A stretch of 64,000 nucleotides of DNA, taken from NCBI GenBank assembly GCA_013265495.1, contig MU058844.1, positions 11,182,184 through 11,246,183 on the forward strand, written 5' to 3'. The stretch is from Vicugna vicugna. Taxonomy: Eukaryota. The translations under genes and the position numbers were made by a program. Positions 27,300 through 39,608 of this stretch are shown piece after piece (positions within the stretch are counted from its first letter, which is position 1; each line of letters opens with the position of its first letter). The notes beneath the pieces were generated by a model. That model searched no databases. It was not told where the DNA came from and saw nothing but the letters and a program-made list of their open reading frames with translations.

Positions 27300-28520
27300 A
27301 TGCCCCCATACATTTATCTCTAGCCCTTATTTCATGTGAAAGTCAGGCTTGCCTGTCCAACTATTTATTATTAAACATCTAAAATGTATCTGTCACCTCA
27401 AACACATGTTCAAAACTAAAATTTTCATCTTCAAAATATTCCTTCAGTCTTCCTTATATAGGTATGTGCTTTACACCATCAAATTCCCAGACCCCTAGTT
27501 CAAAACTAGGAACCATTCTTGATCTCTTCCTCGACTCTAGTAGCCTATCAGTTTTCAAATCCTCTCAGTTCCACTTCTGAGATACATAGCGGTCACAGCC
27601 TCTCCCTGTTGCCAGTGTCACCACCTTAGTCAAGGCTCAGTTATGTTCACCACTGGTCCCTTGCAAGCCCTTAAAATCATTTTTCCAGTGACCAGTTTTT
27701 CCCCATTCACTTCATCTTGTCCATATATGATGTCCAATAATTAAAAATGAAAACTCTTAGTAAGCAACTGTTTTTGCAGGGCTACGCTTAGATATTGAAG
27801 AATTAAGGCAAATCAGTCATAAGCCCTACCCGTTCAGAAATCTGATTTTGTTCATTCCGTTTCTCCAAAATATTAAAGACTTAACTGATTTCTCCCGAAG
27901 TAGTTTCAATTCTTTTTCCAAGGCCCCTTCATGCAGCCATGGAGGTTTTTTTGCCCTTTAAATGATCTTTATTTTTAAATCTAATGTGAAAATATGAGGT
28001 AGAAAGGGCAAATCAAATGTACTACAAGAAAGATAAACAGGCTTCCAGGAACACCATGGACAGATCTCCCCACTCCCTCCAAACTCTCTCACTTCCACGT
28101 CCCCTGACAAGATGCAGCTGGGCCCAGCCTCACTCTCAGCTGATCCCAGCTCAGCCCACTGCCACGCTAAACACCTCTTTGATGCTTCAGACCAAATGTC
28201 TGCTTTGGTTTTTACCCATGCATCTGCGGGAGAGAACACTTAGGAACACTCACCATCTCTTGAAGCCCAGATAAGAAAAATCTCAATCTTAGGTTAAGGT
28301 CAGGCTCCTCCCTCAAGAAGAAACAACGCCCCAGACACTGACCTGCAGAATCCTCCTCCAGTCACACTGATCTACCAGTTTATAGCCTTTCATACTCCCT
28401 GCTTTCCTATTTTGCATCCTGCTGTTCCTACTCCCTGCAGAGAAGTTTCATTTTCTTACCTGCAAGTTCAGGTCCTCAAACTCAGCTCAAGGTTTACCTG
28501 GCCACCAAATCTCCCCTGAT
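27300..28520 (+). mobile_element. L2 remnant interrupted by non-L2 inserts (host of duplicon copy A)
   Basis: L2-like collinear motifs run from atttatctctagccc (27313) through aaggccccttcatg (~27930) and resume at ctccagtcacactg...ttgcatcctgctgttcct (28355-28430). Confidence 0.65.
27492..28261 (+). repeat. Inverted segmental duplication, copy A (likely donor)
   Basis: Collinear with the reverse complement of 51647-52424 along its whole length, roughly 80% identical by eye. Confidence 0.93.
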
Positions 28521-29689
28521 TATTCAACCGAATATAGTACTTTTTCCCCTTGGCAATACTATCATTTTTGCTGGCACTTTTATATGGCACTTCCAATTTC
28601 ACATTCTATTTTAGTTTTTTAAATACAAATCTTACTCTCCTTTTCCAGTATCAGCCACTTCATGGCAGGATTCACATCTCCTTCTACGGATAATAACTCC
28701 TTGCATGTACTTAATATGTTCAGAAAGTAAATGAATATAGTTTCCATTCGAAAATAAATTATACTTAAATTGTTTATTGAAAGACAAAATAATCATCTTC
28801 CTCTTTAACACTGGTTTATCTTGAGTTTTACTTCCCTCCCAAGTAGGAATGGTGCTTAATGACTGAAAATTTCCCATCACTTCCTAAATTATCCAACCAA
28901 CCCCATTACAATGATCAAAATCAAGACTTTCCTAATCCAAATTTTTGATGTATGGACTTTTGATCAAGTAATATAAAGAATGAAATTAAACACTGACTAC
29001 ATTAGAATATAAAAAGCATCTTCAAATGAATGCTTTTTGTTCACGTCTTAGATCTCTCTCATCTAGTATGAAAATTTGTAATAAAGAAATTTCACCAAAG
29101 AAATTCTCCACCCTCATATTTCAGGTCAGATATAAAAGAGATTTGCCTTCACTTTGCCTAATGTATAGCCAATGAAGAAAAGGAACATTTTGTTGCTACA
29201 TAATACCATTAAAAGGCTTTGCCAAACTAGAAGTCTTGCCTTCTTGAAGCCTGATTTTAAATTCTGATCCACCTTGCTGGTTCTAACTTGCAAGACAAAT
29301 ATATTCCCAGCAGAAAGCTTCAGCCTTGTCCCTCTTTCTGAGCACCTCTAATGAAGCAGGAGCTGTGAGAGAACTGTTTTTGTGCCTGCATTTCAGTATA
29401 ACTGCTGCACATATGCCGTTGTGTACAAGAGACTCCAGAAATCCACGTTGTTTTTGGAGAAGGTGACTCTATTCTCCTGGACCTCTAGGAGGGAAGGTCA
29501 CAATAAGAAAGAGGAGATTTCTTATATGATCGACGCTTCTCAGACACCTGAAGATTTGAGGTCACCAAGCAGGTCTTGGTCAATTGTTTGGAAAGAAACA
29601 ATACCTTTATCAACAAAAGGGAAATGAGGCAGAAAGATGAAGTTTTCCTTGCACTTGAATGAAATGTCATAGCAAATAGCTTGGGAGGT

Positions 29690-29885
29690 AAACAAAGCTG
29701 GGATCGAGACCTGCATTTTTTGGACCACAAGTAAATTACAAAATCTCTAGAAATTTCCATTTCTTCATTTGCAGAATGGATATAATCATGTCACCTAAAT
29801 AGAGTGTTATGACAATTAAATGTGATAATTCATACAAAATGCCTGGCATTTTTCTTGATACATTTCTCTAAAGCTATTAGCATTG
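29690..29885 (+). mobile_element. MIR SINE
   Basis: aagtaaattacaaaatctctagaaatttccatttcttcatttgcagaatggatataat...gttatgacaattaaatgtgataat matches the MIR core. Confidence 0.65.
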
Positions 29886-29899
29886 TAAATAATTATAAG

Positions 29900-30480
29900 A
29901 TAGAACAGAAGCTTCTGGCAGCAGACGCTGACGACCTAAACACTCGACTTCATGCTTTCCTAACAGATCCTGAAATTTTATACATGTCTATCCTCTCCCA
30001 CAACATCCATATGGCTAAGAGAACCTGACTTCACCCCTCAGCTCTACGAGTGGGTCTCATTTGTGTAAGAGTAATTCTAATCCACTAGTCGAATGCTGGC
30101 CAACGATACTAATCTCTCCTCAGAAATTAGCTGGAGGCTCCTGAGACTGATCTTTCTTGCTCTTAAGAGAGGTGTAGAAAGCCCCTCTTTTTACACCTCT
30201 GATATGATGTAAGCATGGAAGCATGGAACCTTGTGTGCTCCTGGCAGCCATTCTACCACCATGAGGAGTCACTTGGGAAACAGGCTCCGGATAAAGCCAA
30301 GGTTAAAGCATAAAGACAGAAAACACATTGTCCTTGATGATACTAGGACATCACTGGATCAACAAGCCTTTCCCTACCACCAAACTTTTTGTGATATGAG
30401 TCAACACATTTCTTTATTGTTTAAACCACTTCGATTTTGGTTTTCTATTCATTCATTGCAGCAGGGTTCTTACTCATATA
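29900..30480 (+). mobile_element. MLT1K/L-type MaLR LTR
   Basis: ggcagccattctaccaccatgagg, gtccttgatgata...cactggatcaa and ctttattgtttaaaccact...ttggttttctatt. Confidence 0.65.
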
Positions 30481-30859
30481 CTCTGTGTAGAGAATGGAGA
30501 ACTTCATTTTTAAGCAAATACAAAAACATAAATTCACTGATCATTTTAAACAATGTGTCCTCTTAAAACCATTTCCAATTTGAAGTCAGAAAGTAAGGGA
30601 AAGTTACCCATAGTTTCTCTTTAAAATTACACTGTAAGGGGGAATCTGAAGGAAGGGACAAGTTAATTGCATGCCACTTTTTGAACAAATATCCCTAACA
30701 ATTTCTCTGCCATCCCATAACTATTTACTGTTTATTCAGGTTTCTTAGAAGGCATTTGCTTGTGCAGTCCTAATATGGGAGGCACAAAACTTTCTGAACT
30801 CGTCTACATTACTTTTCCTGACCTTTTCCACAAAAACAAAGAAGTGAAGAGCATTTCAT

Positions 30860-31420
30860 CATGCTTCCAGAATAACCTCATCTCCCCCACAGCTTTAGTT
30901 ATTATTCATCCTGATCATTCTCAAATGTTATCTCTAGCCTAGGCTTCTTTTGAATTCCAACACTATACATTTAACTGCCTCCTGGAAATTTTCACTTTCA
31001 GTTTGACAACATAAATCTAGTGCTCAAAAGTGGATATCACTTTTTTTCCTCCAAAATTTAATCTCTCTTTTGTTATCCCCCTGTTAATGAGTGCTACTGT
31101 TATTCATCCAGTCTGCCAAGTTATTCCATATTCCTTCCAGACTCTTCCTTGCCACCAGCTTCCAATGATGATCAAGTAGTGTCAGTCATATCAGCCCATC
31201 ATCTCTCATGGTTATCTTCTTCGCTGCATTTCCACTGCTTCTACTTAAGTCAGGCTTTCATCGTTTTGCAGTTTATCTATCAAATTATGCTTCTAATTTG
31301 TCATCTTGCCTCTAATCTTTTTTCTCTTGCCTTATCACCCACAGTGTTGCCAGAGCAACTTTTCATTCATCAAACCAGACGTCCTGCCATTTTCTGCATC
31401 CCACTGCTTGTTGAAAATCC
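30860..31420 (+). mobile_element. L2 fragment
   Basis: tgatcattctcaaatgttatctctagcctagg...catttaactgcctcctggaaatt follows the L2 body consensus. Confidence 0.65.
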
Positions 31421-32204
31421 CTAAATAAAATAGGTTTTGAAAATGATCTATGCCTGGCGAACTTTACAATTTCCCCTCTTACAGGCCCTTCCCTTACATC
31501 TTTCACACCCTTCTTTCTTAGGCCATTCTCTCTGATCAGGATCCTAAAATGCTCCCCATACTATTTCACTTCCTACCTATTCTGATCAGGTCACAAGATC
31601 TTCGTACTCATCTAGCTGAGTGATGACACAGAAGAGGTGCTCTATACTTGTTCAATACATTAATCACGAATAAACAATTTCCAAAATTTTTGGAACTGAT
31701 CGTAAAACCCATAGTTAACCAAAACTGAGAAAAAAATTTGAGTAGTGTTTATACATTAATACAAGAAAATAAACTAGTCTAAATTTCTTGCTTGAAAGGC
31801 ATTCTAAAAGGAAATTTGCCTTTCATGAACCAAAATCTTGACAACAACTCAGATATCTGATCTTAAGAATATATATTAGTTTTTTCCCTTGATATTTTAT
31901 GCACAAAGGAATCAAAGAAACCAAAAGGAGTAGATGCGAACACCTAGACTAGAGTATGTAGTTTATTGTTTGTTGCCAGATCATTTCTTTTTCCTTCCAT
32001 AAGGGATTTTTAAAAATCCCTTTTAAACTATGAACTCTAAAGACTAACTAAATGTGTGAAAGTAAATGAGAATTGATTTTTACAAAACACACTTCTGAGA
32101 GCCTAAATATCCAAATGATACTGATCTGTCAAAGTATGCAACTAGGTTATTTTGCTTAAAACATCTATGGAATTTCCCTTTAAAAATTATTTTCACAAAT
32201 GAGA

Positions 32205-32366
32205 TCTGAAGCACCAAAAGAGCCAGCATTATTACTCACTCCAGAAATACATTGATTTGATCAGATACCGTTTGTTTTTCATTCTGAAGCACCAAAAGAG
32301 CCAGCATTATTACTCACTCCAGAACCAGAAATACATTGATTTGATCAGATACCATTTGTTTTTCAT
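32205..32366. repeat. Recent 78-bp tandem duplication
   Basis: Copy 1 is 32205-32282 and copy 2 is 32283-32366. They differ by one G/A substitution and an extra CCAGAA in copy 2. Confidence 0.95.
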
Positions 32367-32535
32367 TCATTGGACAGATACAGATACCCTGTATTAATCT
32401 ACTCTATGTCTCCCTGGGGATAAAATGGTGATCATGAAGGGCAGAAACTCCTGGTTCTGGATGTTTATCTTCTAATGATGCTTAAAATCTGCCTCATCTC
32501 TTCTGCTCCCTGAGTCCATTTTAAAAACACACACA

Positions 32536-33030
32536 GTTATGTACACAATGGAATAGTACTCAGCCATAAAAAATAGTGAAATAATGCCATTTGTGGCAAC
32601 ATGGATGGACCTAGAGGTCTTCATACTAAGTGAAATCATACAGAGAAAGATAAATATCACAATATCACTTATACATAGGATCTAAAAAAGTGACACAAAT
32701 GAAATTATTTATGAAGCAGAAACAGACCTACAAGACATAGAAAACAAACTTATGTTTACCAAAGGGGGAAAGAGTGGGCGGGATAAATCAGGAGTTTGGG
32801 ATTAGCAGCTACATCTACTATATTTAAAATAGACAAATAGCAAGGTTCTATGGTATAGCACAGGGAACTATATTCAATATTTTGTAATAACCTATAATGA
32901 AAAAGAATATGAAAAGGAATATATATATATATGTGTAACTGAATCCCTATGCTGTACACCAGAAATTAACGCAACATTGTAAATCAACTATACTTCAATA
33001 AATTTTTTTTAATTTTTAAAAATAAAAATA
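32536..33030 (+). mobile_element. L1 3' end with poly(A) and probable TSD
   Basis: acaatggaatagtactcagccataaaa...tatagcacagggaactatattcaatat...acttcaataaa. Flanked by aaacacacac on both sides. Confidence 0.88.
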
Positions 33031-34907
33031 AACACACACGCATGCATGTGTGCACACACACTGGGGGCAGTGTGAAGAGAGCTTTGGATCACATTAACAT
33101 TGGCACCTTGAAGCAAAGAAAATTTACAATGACTAATTAAAGTTTATGGGTAGTTTTTACTAGTCTAGTCATGAAATTTGAATTACTGCTATTGTTCAAC
33201 TTGAGTAATTGGTTTCCTCATGCATAACAGTACTCATTGTGACTCAGAGAGGTAAGAGAACAGTCACTTTGTATCGATTGCTATAATCCTCTATATAAAA
33301 TACATTTAAAACATAATAGGTTAATATTTATAACTTTTATTTATTTATATTATAGATTCAAATATTTCACTACCCTAGATTAAGAAATTACTTGCAGTTC
33401 CAGTGACTCTGTAGTGGGTGATGTAATGTGGATGACACTGTCAAAGTACTCCCTGACATATAATAATGAGAAAGTGTGCAAAACACTTGGCTATTCTGTG
33501 GTAGTTATTAACTGCCTGTGTAATACAGTAGTTGGTCCTTTAACCGAAACTGATTGAGTTAATAATTGAATGTTTGAAATCGTGACTCACAGCTGGCTTT
33601 CTCTATGTGTTTGAATTCACCATGGTAACTACGAATTGGTTTTGTTACAGTGTTGTATATTGCTTTAAATTAAACTGATGGGATTAATAATTGAATGGCA
33701 ATTATAAAAGCTGTATGGCTGATGTTTCATTATTTTCGTTATTTTCTAACTATTACACTCACATACACACTCTCTAACTTCCCGACTGCCTATTACCATC
33801 AACAAAGCAATAGGTTATGCCTGTTAAACCTCACATATCTTAATCAATGTACTAATATGGACATCATTTTTACATTTTCATTATTTTTAATTCTAAAAGA
33901 GTTTTTGAGAAGCTATAATGTTGAAATGTGTGTATTTATATAATTATATTAACAAGTTGAGTACATTATACTTTCACTATAATTTTTGTTTATCTTTTTG
34001 CTGAAGGGATAATGCATTTATTTTGGAATATCACATAAATACATTTTTTTTGTAAAATAGTGGAATCACCCTTGTTTTATGGGTGAGAAAGTAGAGGATT
34101 AAATTCTTCATATTATTTGCCCCAGCCTGTCTGTAACAGAGGAGAGAACAAAATTTTCTATTTGATTTGCTTCCAACTTAGCTTTTGTAAATTTTTTTCT
34201 GTAAATACTGCCACAATAATTCTCTTAGGTCAAAATTTTTATTATTTTTGTTTCCCGTTTTGACAGTTTTAATAATTTTCCATTACCTACATGATTTATC
34301 CCAGCCTTGGATCTGACAATCAGTGCCCTACATAATCTGACCAATTTCCTGAATTTTATTAATTTTTTAAGTAAGTCAAACTCAGGTTCTACCTGTAGCA
34401 AAAATATACAAAGATGTATATTCTAAAAATAACCTATTGTCAATGTGGAGGATGAGTTAAGGAAGAAACTCAAGGCAGGCAAGCTGGCTTGGTTCTAATA
34501 TTAGTTCATGTGAGAGATAGGTAATAAACAGGGTTTACAGAGAGACAAGCAAATCCCTTTGGGACATGCCTCTTAAAACAGCAGTCTTCAGTTGTAGAGC
34601 CTAGTATAGTAAACATTCAAGGTATTAGGTGAAGTATAGCTGATGTGTTTTAGGAAGTCATAATCCTGCGGTCACTTGGTGGCTGGAGCCTCTCTGCTCT
34701 TTGCCAAAGGACCACCTCTGTGAACACGACTCATCTGACAAATGCACATTACAGGTCACAAAAGGATCAGCAAGAACAGCATTTGCATGTCTTACTACAA
34801 AACCAAGACAACCTAATTAAAAATCTCATTACTCTTTTCACTGGGCAAATTATAGTAGAATTATGTTTGTTTTTGTGAGTTCCTTTTTTTGACTGCTGTT
34901 GTTCCAG

Positions 34908-34921
34908 GTTCAAAATTCCAG
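34908..34921 (+). other. Candidate 14-nt microexon or recursive (AG|GT) splice site
   Basis: Sequence context ttcctttttttgactgctgttgttcCAG|gttcaaaattccag|GTGAGC. Confidence 0.25.
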
Positions 34922-36393
34922 GTGAGCAATTAAAGAATTTTATTTAAGAAATCATGGTGAAAACTTCATAAATAATTCATTTCAATTACTTTCAACAGGT
35001 TATCCTTGAGGGCCCACTGCATCGTGTATAAGGAATGACTGATGGATGTGTTCTGATGTGAAAAAGGAGATACTGAGTTGAGGGGGGTGGAGGTGTTAAT
35101 TAAGAGCTGACTTTTATTTCCTGAAAGTACGTGTTCTTTTTTGTACTAGGTTGTAAATGCACAAGCAATGAATGAACGTTGTCCAAAGGCAACTGTCAGC
35201 TTAATATTAGAAGGCACTTAATAATTCAGAACTATCTAAAAATGAAATAAGTGGAAGTATGTCAATCTCCAATCTGAGAAAGAATGGCCCCTTTTTCACA
35301 CGACCACAATCTGAATTCATATGTTGAGTAGAAAGTTGGCTTAAATTATTTCTAGGCTCATTTTATGCATAGTAACATATGGTAGGGAAGAGAACAGAAA
35401 ACTGGGGGCTTGAATACCTGGTCCTGGTTTTGATATTAACTAGCTGACTGAGTTAGTCCAGTTTCTTCAACTTTAAGCCTTAAGTTCTTTCATCTCTCTC
35501 TTTTAAAGGAGTAACTTCCTTAAAAATAAATGAATGGTACTATATTCACACTTGAGAGACAGAAAAGAAAAGAATTTGACTGGTAAGGAAAAAACACAAG
35601 AAAAAGGGTTGACTAATTTGGACATATCTTCATGATGAATTTTTAGTAGAATACTTTTAATTATAACTGAGCTATTCACAACCAGAGGTACTAGCATTCT
35701 GTATACGTGACAAGCAGTGGTATTATTATAAAATTATTTTAAGCAATCCGTAATTGGGTTATCTAAAGATACTAGTTTCTGTACATTCAAATTGCTAAAT
35801 TTCAGAACATCTTCTCATTTTAATAAAATATCAAGTAAATTTATATGTTTTTATCCATGCACCCATGTAAATCTTACCTGGATTTATGCTTCAGGGTTCT
35901 CTTCAAAGATCAATTAAAAACATTAACCACTTGACCCAAGCTGTCATCTAAGGAATATGATACTAACCTTTTTTCAGGTTCTTCATCTAATTCTTTTTAA
36001 AACTACCTTTATTTCTATGGATTTATTTAAATTTTCTGTGTTATCATTGCAAAGAACTTAAACCACTTCAATAACGCAATTATTAAAATCATAATTGTTG
36101 TTTACAACAGCCATCGTGCTTTCTGCTCTTTTGTTCAGTGGAGACATGAATTATTTTAAGAATATCAGTGATTTCTCTAATCCCAGGCCATTCTCTAGGA
36201 CTTGAGGGTGCTCATTCCAGAAATAAACAGTATTTGTTACAGTTCATTTCCCTGTTGCTTCTTTAGGGAACTGAATATAACACTTCAATGCCAGAAAAGA
36301 AAAAGCTGTGTGGAAAAAAAAAAAAAAAAACAAAGCTACATTTTCAAATGTCAGTAGGCCCATATGGCACCTGACCTAGGAAGCTCTCAACAG

Positions 36394-36459
36394 GAACACA
36401 TCCCTCTGCCCCCTTCCATCACTGAGCACGGACCTCCCACTGCTCTCACTGGTGTGCAG
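36394..36459 (+). other. Candidate 66-nt cassette exon
   Basis: Strong donor GCAG|GTAAGG. Acceptor ctctcaaCAG with branch-like CTGAC ~20 nt upstream but a weak pyrimidine tract. Open in phases 0 and 2. Confidence 0.22.
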
Positions 36460-37559
36460 GTAAGGAAGGCATCTGTGCGCCTTAAGTGAGATATTTTGCA
36501 TCAAAAACACTTAATTTCACTCAACCTTAATAATCTAGAAAGAATACTTCCAGAGTCAGATTGAGGAGAACAGCCAGTTCCCAGAGTGATACTTGAGGCA
36601 ATTACTTCTTAACTATTTTGACTAATGCTTCTACTACAATATATAATCTATGACACACGCAAAACATATTTCTTAATGTTTGAGAGCCCAGATTTATAGC
36701 TCATGTTATTAACCAATAGATAATATGACTACTTCATATTTGTGTACTTTATGTCCACGTGGCTATGTACATTATCTTGATTTGTGCCCACTGAAGTGGT
36801 TGGTTTTAGTTACATAACCGGGTCTCCATAGTCCAATGAGATCATGACACTGAACCCCATAGTTATTATGTAAATTAGTCAAAGTCTAGCAGTGACTGAT
36901 TGGCCGAACAAGAACAGTAACAGTAGTGTCAACAGCAACCCATGAACAGTGTTCACTTACCACCTCTGAAGCTCTGGCTGTATATGCTCACTCTTGGTCT
37001 GTATCAAGATGTGGCAAAGAGATTTTGGACCACATAGTGCCACATATGCAGTCATTAAACGTACTTGGATTGGATCAGCTGGTGTTGAATTTGGTAGATC
37101 TTCTAATAGTTCAATGTCAAAGGTTTTTTTTTTTTCACATGCAAGTCCACCTAGGAACTAGAAAGGAAAAATAAATGTTTTAAAAATGATAAACAATTTT
37201 CTGGACAGCATGTAATATAATATTTTATACTCTCATTTTCTTACAAAAGAAGGACCATAAAACCCAGCCCTTTCTAAAACTACTGCCCTTTATTTCCCCA
37301 CCTTCAGAGTTAGGGCAGCTTGCGGTATTTGATGTTCAGTATCCTGCAAGTTGTGCTGGAAAGAATGAATCTTGATTGTCTCCCCAACTTTCATTGCCTC
37401 CTTTTTCTGCCAGGAGTACCCGAGTTAATTACTAGGAACTTCTCTTTCTTTTTTGCTGTTGTGCCCTGCATTTTATTAAGATTGACACAATAATTGGTGA
37501 GTATTTGACCTAATTTATATTGCTGAGAATTAGCAAGACGGATCAGTTTCTGAAAAAGT

Positions 37560-37780
37560 TTCTCTCTTCCCTGGTTGCAGGAGGTGCTGTTCTGACACCA
37601 GGAACAGCTCTAGCATGAGGGATGCCAGCAAGAGACGAAGCAAAGTTGAGACCCTTGATGGAACCACACCCTCCCTGTCGACTTTTTATTATGGAAGTAA
37701 TTTAAGTCTCTTTTTTTTTTTTAAAGCAAAGTGACTTGAATTTTCTCCTGGTTGCAAATTATAGCAAACTAAATGATACA
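37560..37780 (+). mobile_element. MLT1-like LTR fragment
   Basis: agcatgagggatgccagc...gacccttgatg...ttttctcctggttgcaaattatagcaaactaaatgataca resembles the MLT1 3' portion. Confidence 0.45.
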
Positions 37781-38262
37781 GTGAAGAATCCAATTTAGAG
37801 AGCATTAGAGGATTCCTCTGGCAGCTGTAGCTTTATTAATTGTGGTATTAATTTGCCTCTATGATATAATATGATGTGAGAATTATGTCTACACCTCATT
37901 ATAAATTTTTAATTCGTCTGTACCATGTGGTAAGCTCCAAGAAGGCAAAGAACTTCTCTGGTTTACTGCTGATAACCCAACACTTATTATAGTTTGTGGC
38001 ACAGAGCAGGTGTTCACTAAATCTTCATGAAGAGAGAGGAAGGAAAAAAAATAGGCCCACCATTGTTCCTAATTCAGAGACAGGGAATAACTAGAGCAGG
38101 TGAGATTATTGTGAACACTTTATAAATAGAAGAAAAAATGGTGAGATTTGCAAATGTTAGCTACTATATATAAAAATAGATTAAAAAAAACAAGTTTCTT
38201 CTGCATAACATGGGAAACTATATTGAATATTTTGTAATAATAACCTTTAATGAAAAAGAGTA

Positions 38263-39608
38263 GCCCACTATCACCCCTCCTATTCAACATAGTCCTGGAA
38301 GTCCTAGCCACAGCAATCAGGCAAGAGAAAGAAATAAAAGGGGTCCAAATTGGAAAAGAAGAGGTAAAAGTGTCATTATATGCTGATGACATGTTACTAT
38401 ATATAGAAAACCCTAAAAGGTTCACACAAAAGCTACTAGAGCTGATTGAAGAATTCAGCAAGGTAGCAGGTTACAAAATTAACGTTTAAAAATCAGTTGC
38501 ATTTCTTTACACTAACGATAAATCAACAGAAAAAGAAAGTAAAGAAACAATCCCCTTTAAAATAGCACCCAAAGTAATAAAATATCTGGGAATAAATCTA
38601 ACCAAGGAGGTGAAAGAATTATACACAGAAAACTATAAACCACTGATGAAGGAAATTAAAGAAGACTTTAAAAAATGGAAAGATATTCCATGCTCTTGGA
38701 TTGGAAGAATCAATATTGTTAAAATGGTCACACTGCCCAAGGCAATCTACAGATTTAATGTAATTCCTATCCAATTACCCAGGACATATTTCACAGAACT
38801 AGAACAAATCATAATAAAATTTATATGGAACCATCAAAGACCTAGAATTGCCAAAGCATTACTGAAGAGAAAGAAAGAGGCTGGAGGAATAACTCTCCCA
38901 GACTTCAGACANNNNNNNNNNNNNNNNNNNNNNNNNNNNNNNNNNNNNNNNNNNNNNNNNNNNNNNNNNNNNNNNNNNNNNNNNNNNNNNNNNNNNNNNN
39001 NNNNNNNNNNNNNNNNNNNNNNNNNNNNNNNNNNNNNNNNNNNNNNNNNNNNNNNNNNNNNNNNNNNNNNNNNNNNNNNNNNNNNNNNNNNNNNNNNNNN
39101 NNNNNNNNNNNNNNNNNNNNNNNNNNNNNNNNNNNNNNNNNNNNNNNNNNNNNNNNNNNNNNNNNNNNNNNNNNNNNNNNNNNNNNNNNNNNNNAGGGGA
39201 ACCCTCCTACACTGCTGGTGGGAATGCAGTTTGGTGCAGCCACTATGGAAAACAGTATGGAGATTCCTCAAAAGACTAGGAATAGACTTACCATATGACC
39301 CAGGAATCCCACTCCTGGGCTTGTATCCAGAAGGAAATCTCCTTCAGGATGACACCTACACCCCAATGTTCATAGCAGCACTATTTACAATAGCCAAAAC
39401 ATGGAAACAGCCTAAATGTCCATCAACAGGTGACTGGATAAAGAAGAGGTGGTATATTTATACAATGGAATACTACTCAGCCATAAAAACCAACAACATA
39501 ATGCCATTTGCAGCAACATGGATGCTCCTAGAGAATGTCATTCTAAGTGAAGTAAGCCAGAAAGAGAAAGAAAAATACCATATGAGATCGCTCATATGTA
39601 GAATCTAA
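38263..39608 (+). pseudogene. L1 ORF2 reverse transcriptase fragment (non-functional, truncated, premature stop at 38487-38489)
   Basis: ORFs 38250-38489 and 38610-39608 share a frame and are separated by a single TAA where Q of GYKINVQKS is expected. Confidence 0.9.
38912..39195. other. Assembly gap (284 N)
   Basis: Run of N within the young L1. Confidence 0.99.

Noticed and set aside
28017..28274. Paralogous small proteins (28017-28274 + and 51593-51862 -)
   Set aside because: The peptide similarity only reflects the DNA duplication. Frames shift between the copies and there are no gene signals.
38610..39608. 332-aa ORF as a functional gene
   Set aside because: It is a truncated L1 ORF2 read through an N gap, with an upstream in-frame stop and no EN domain or ORF1.
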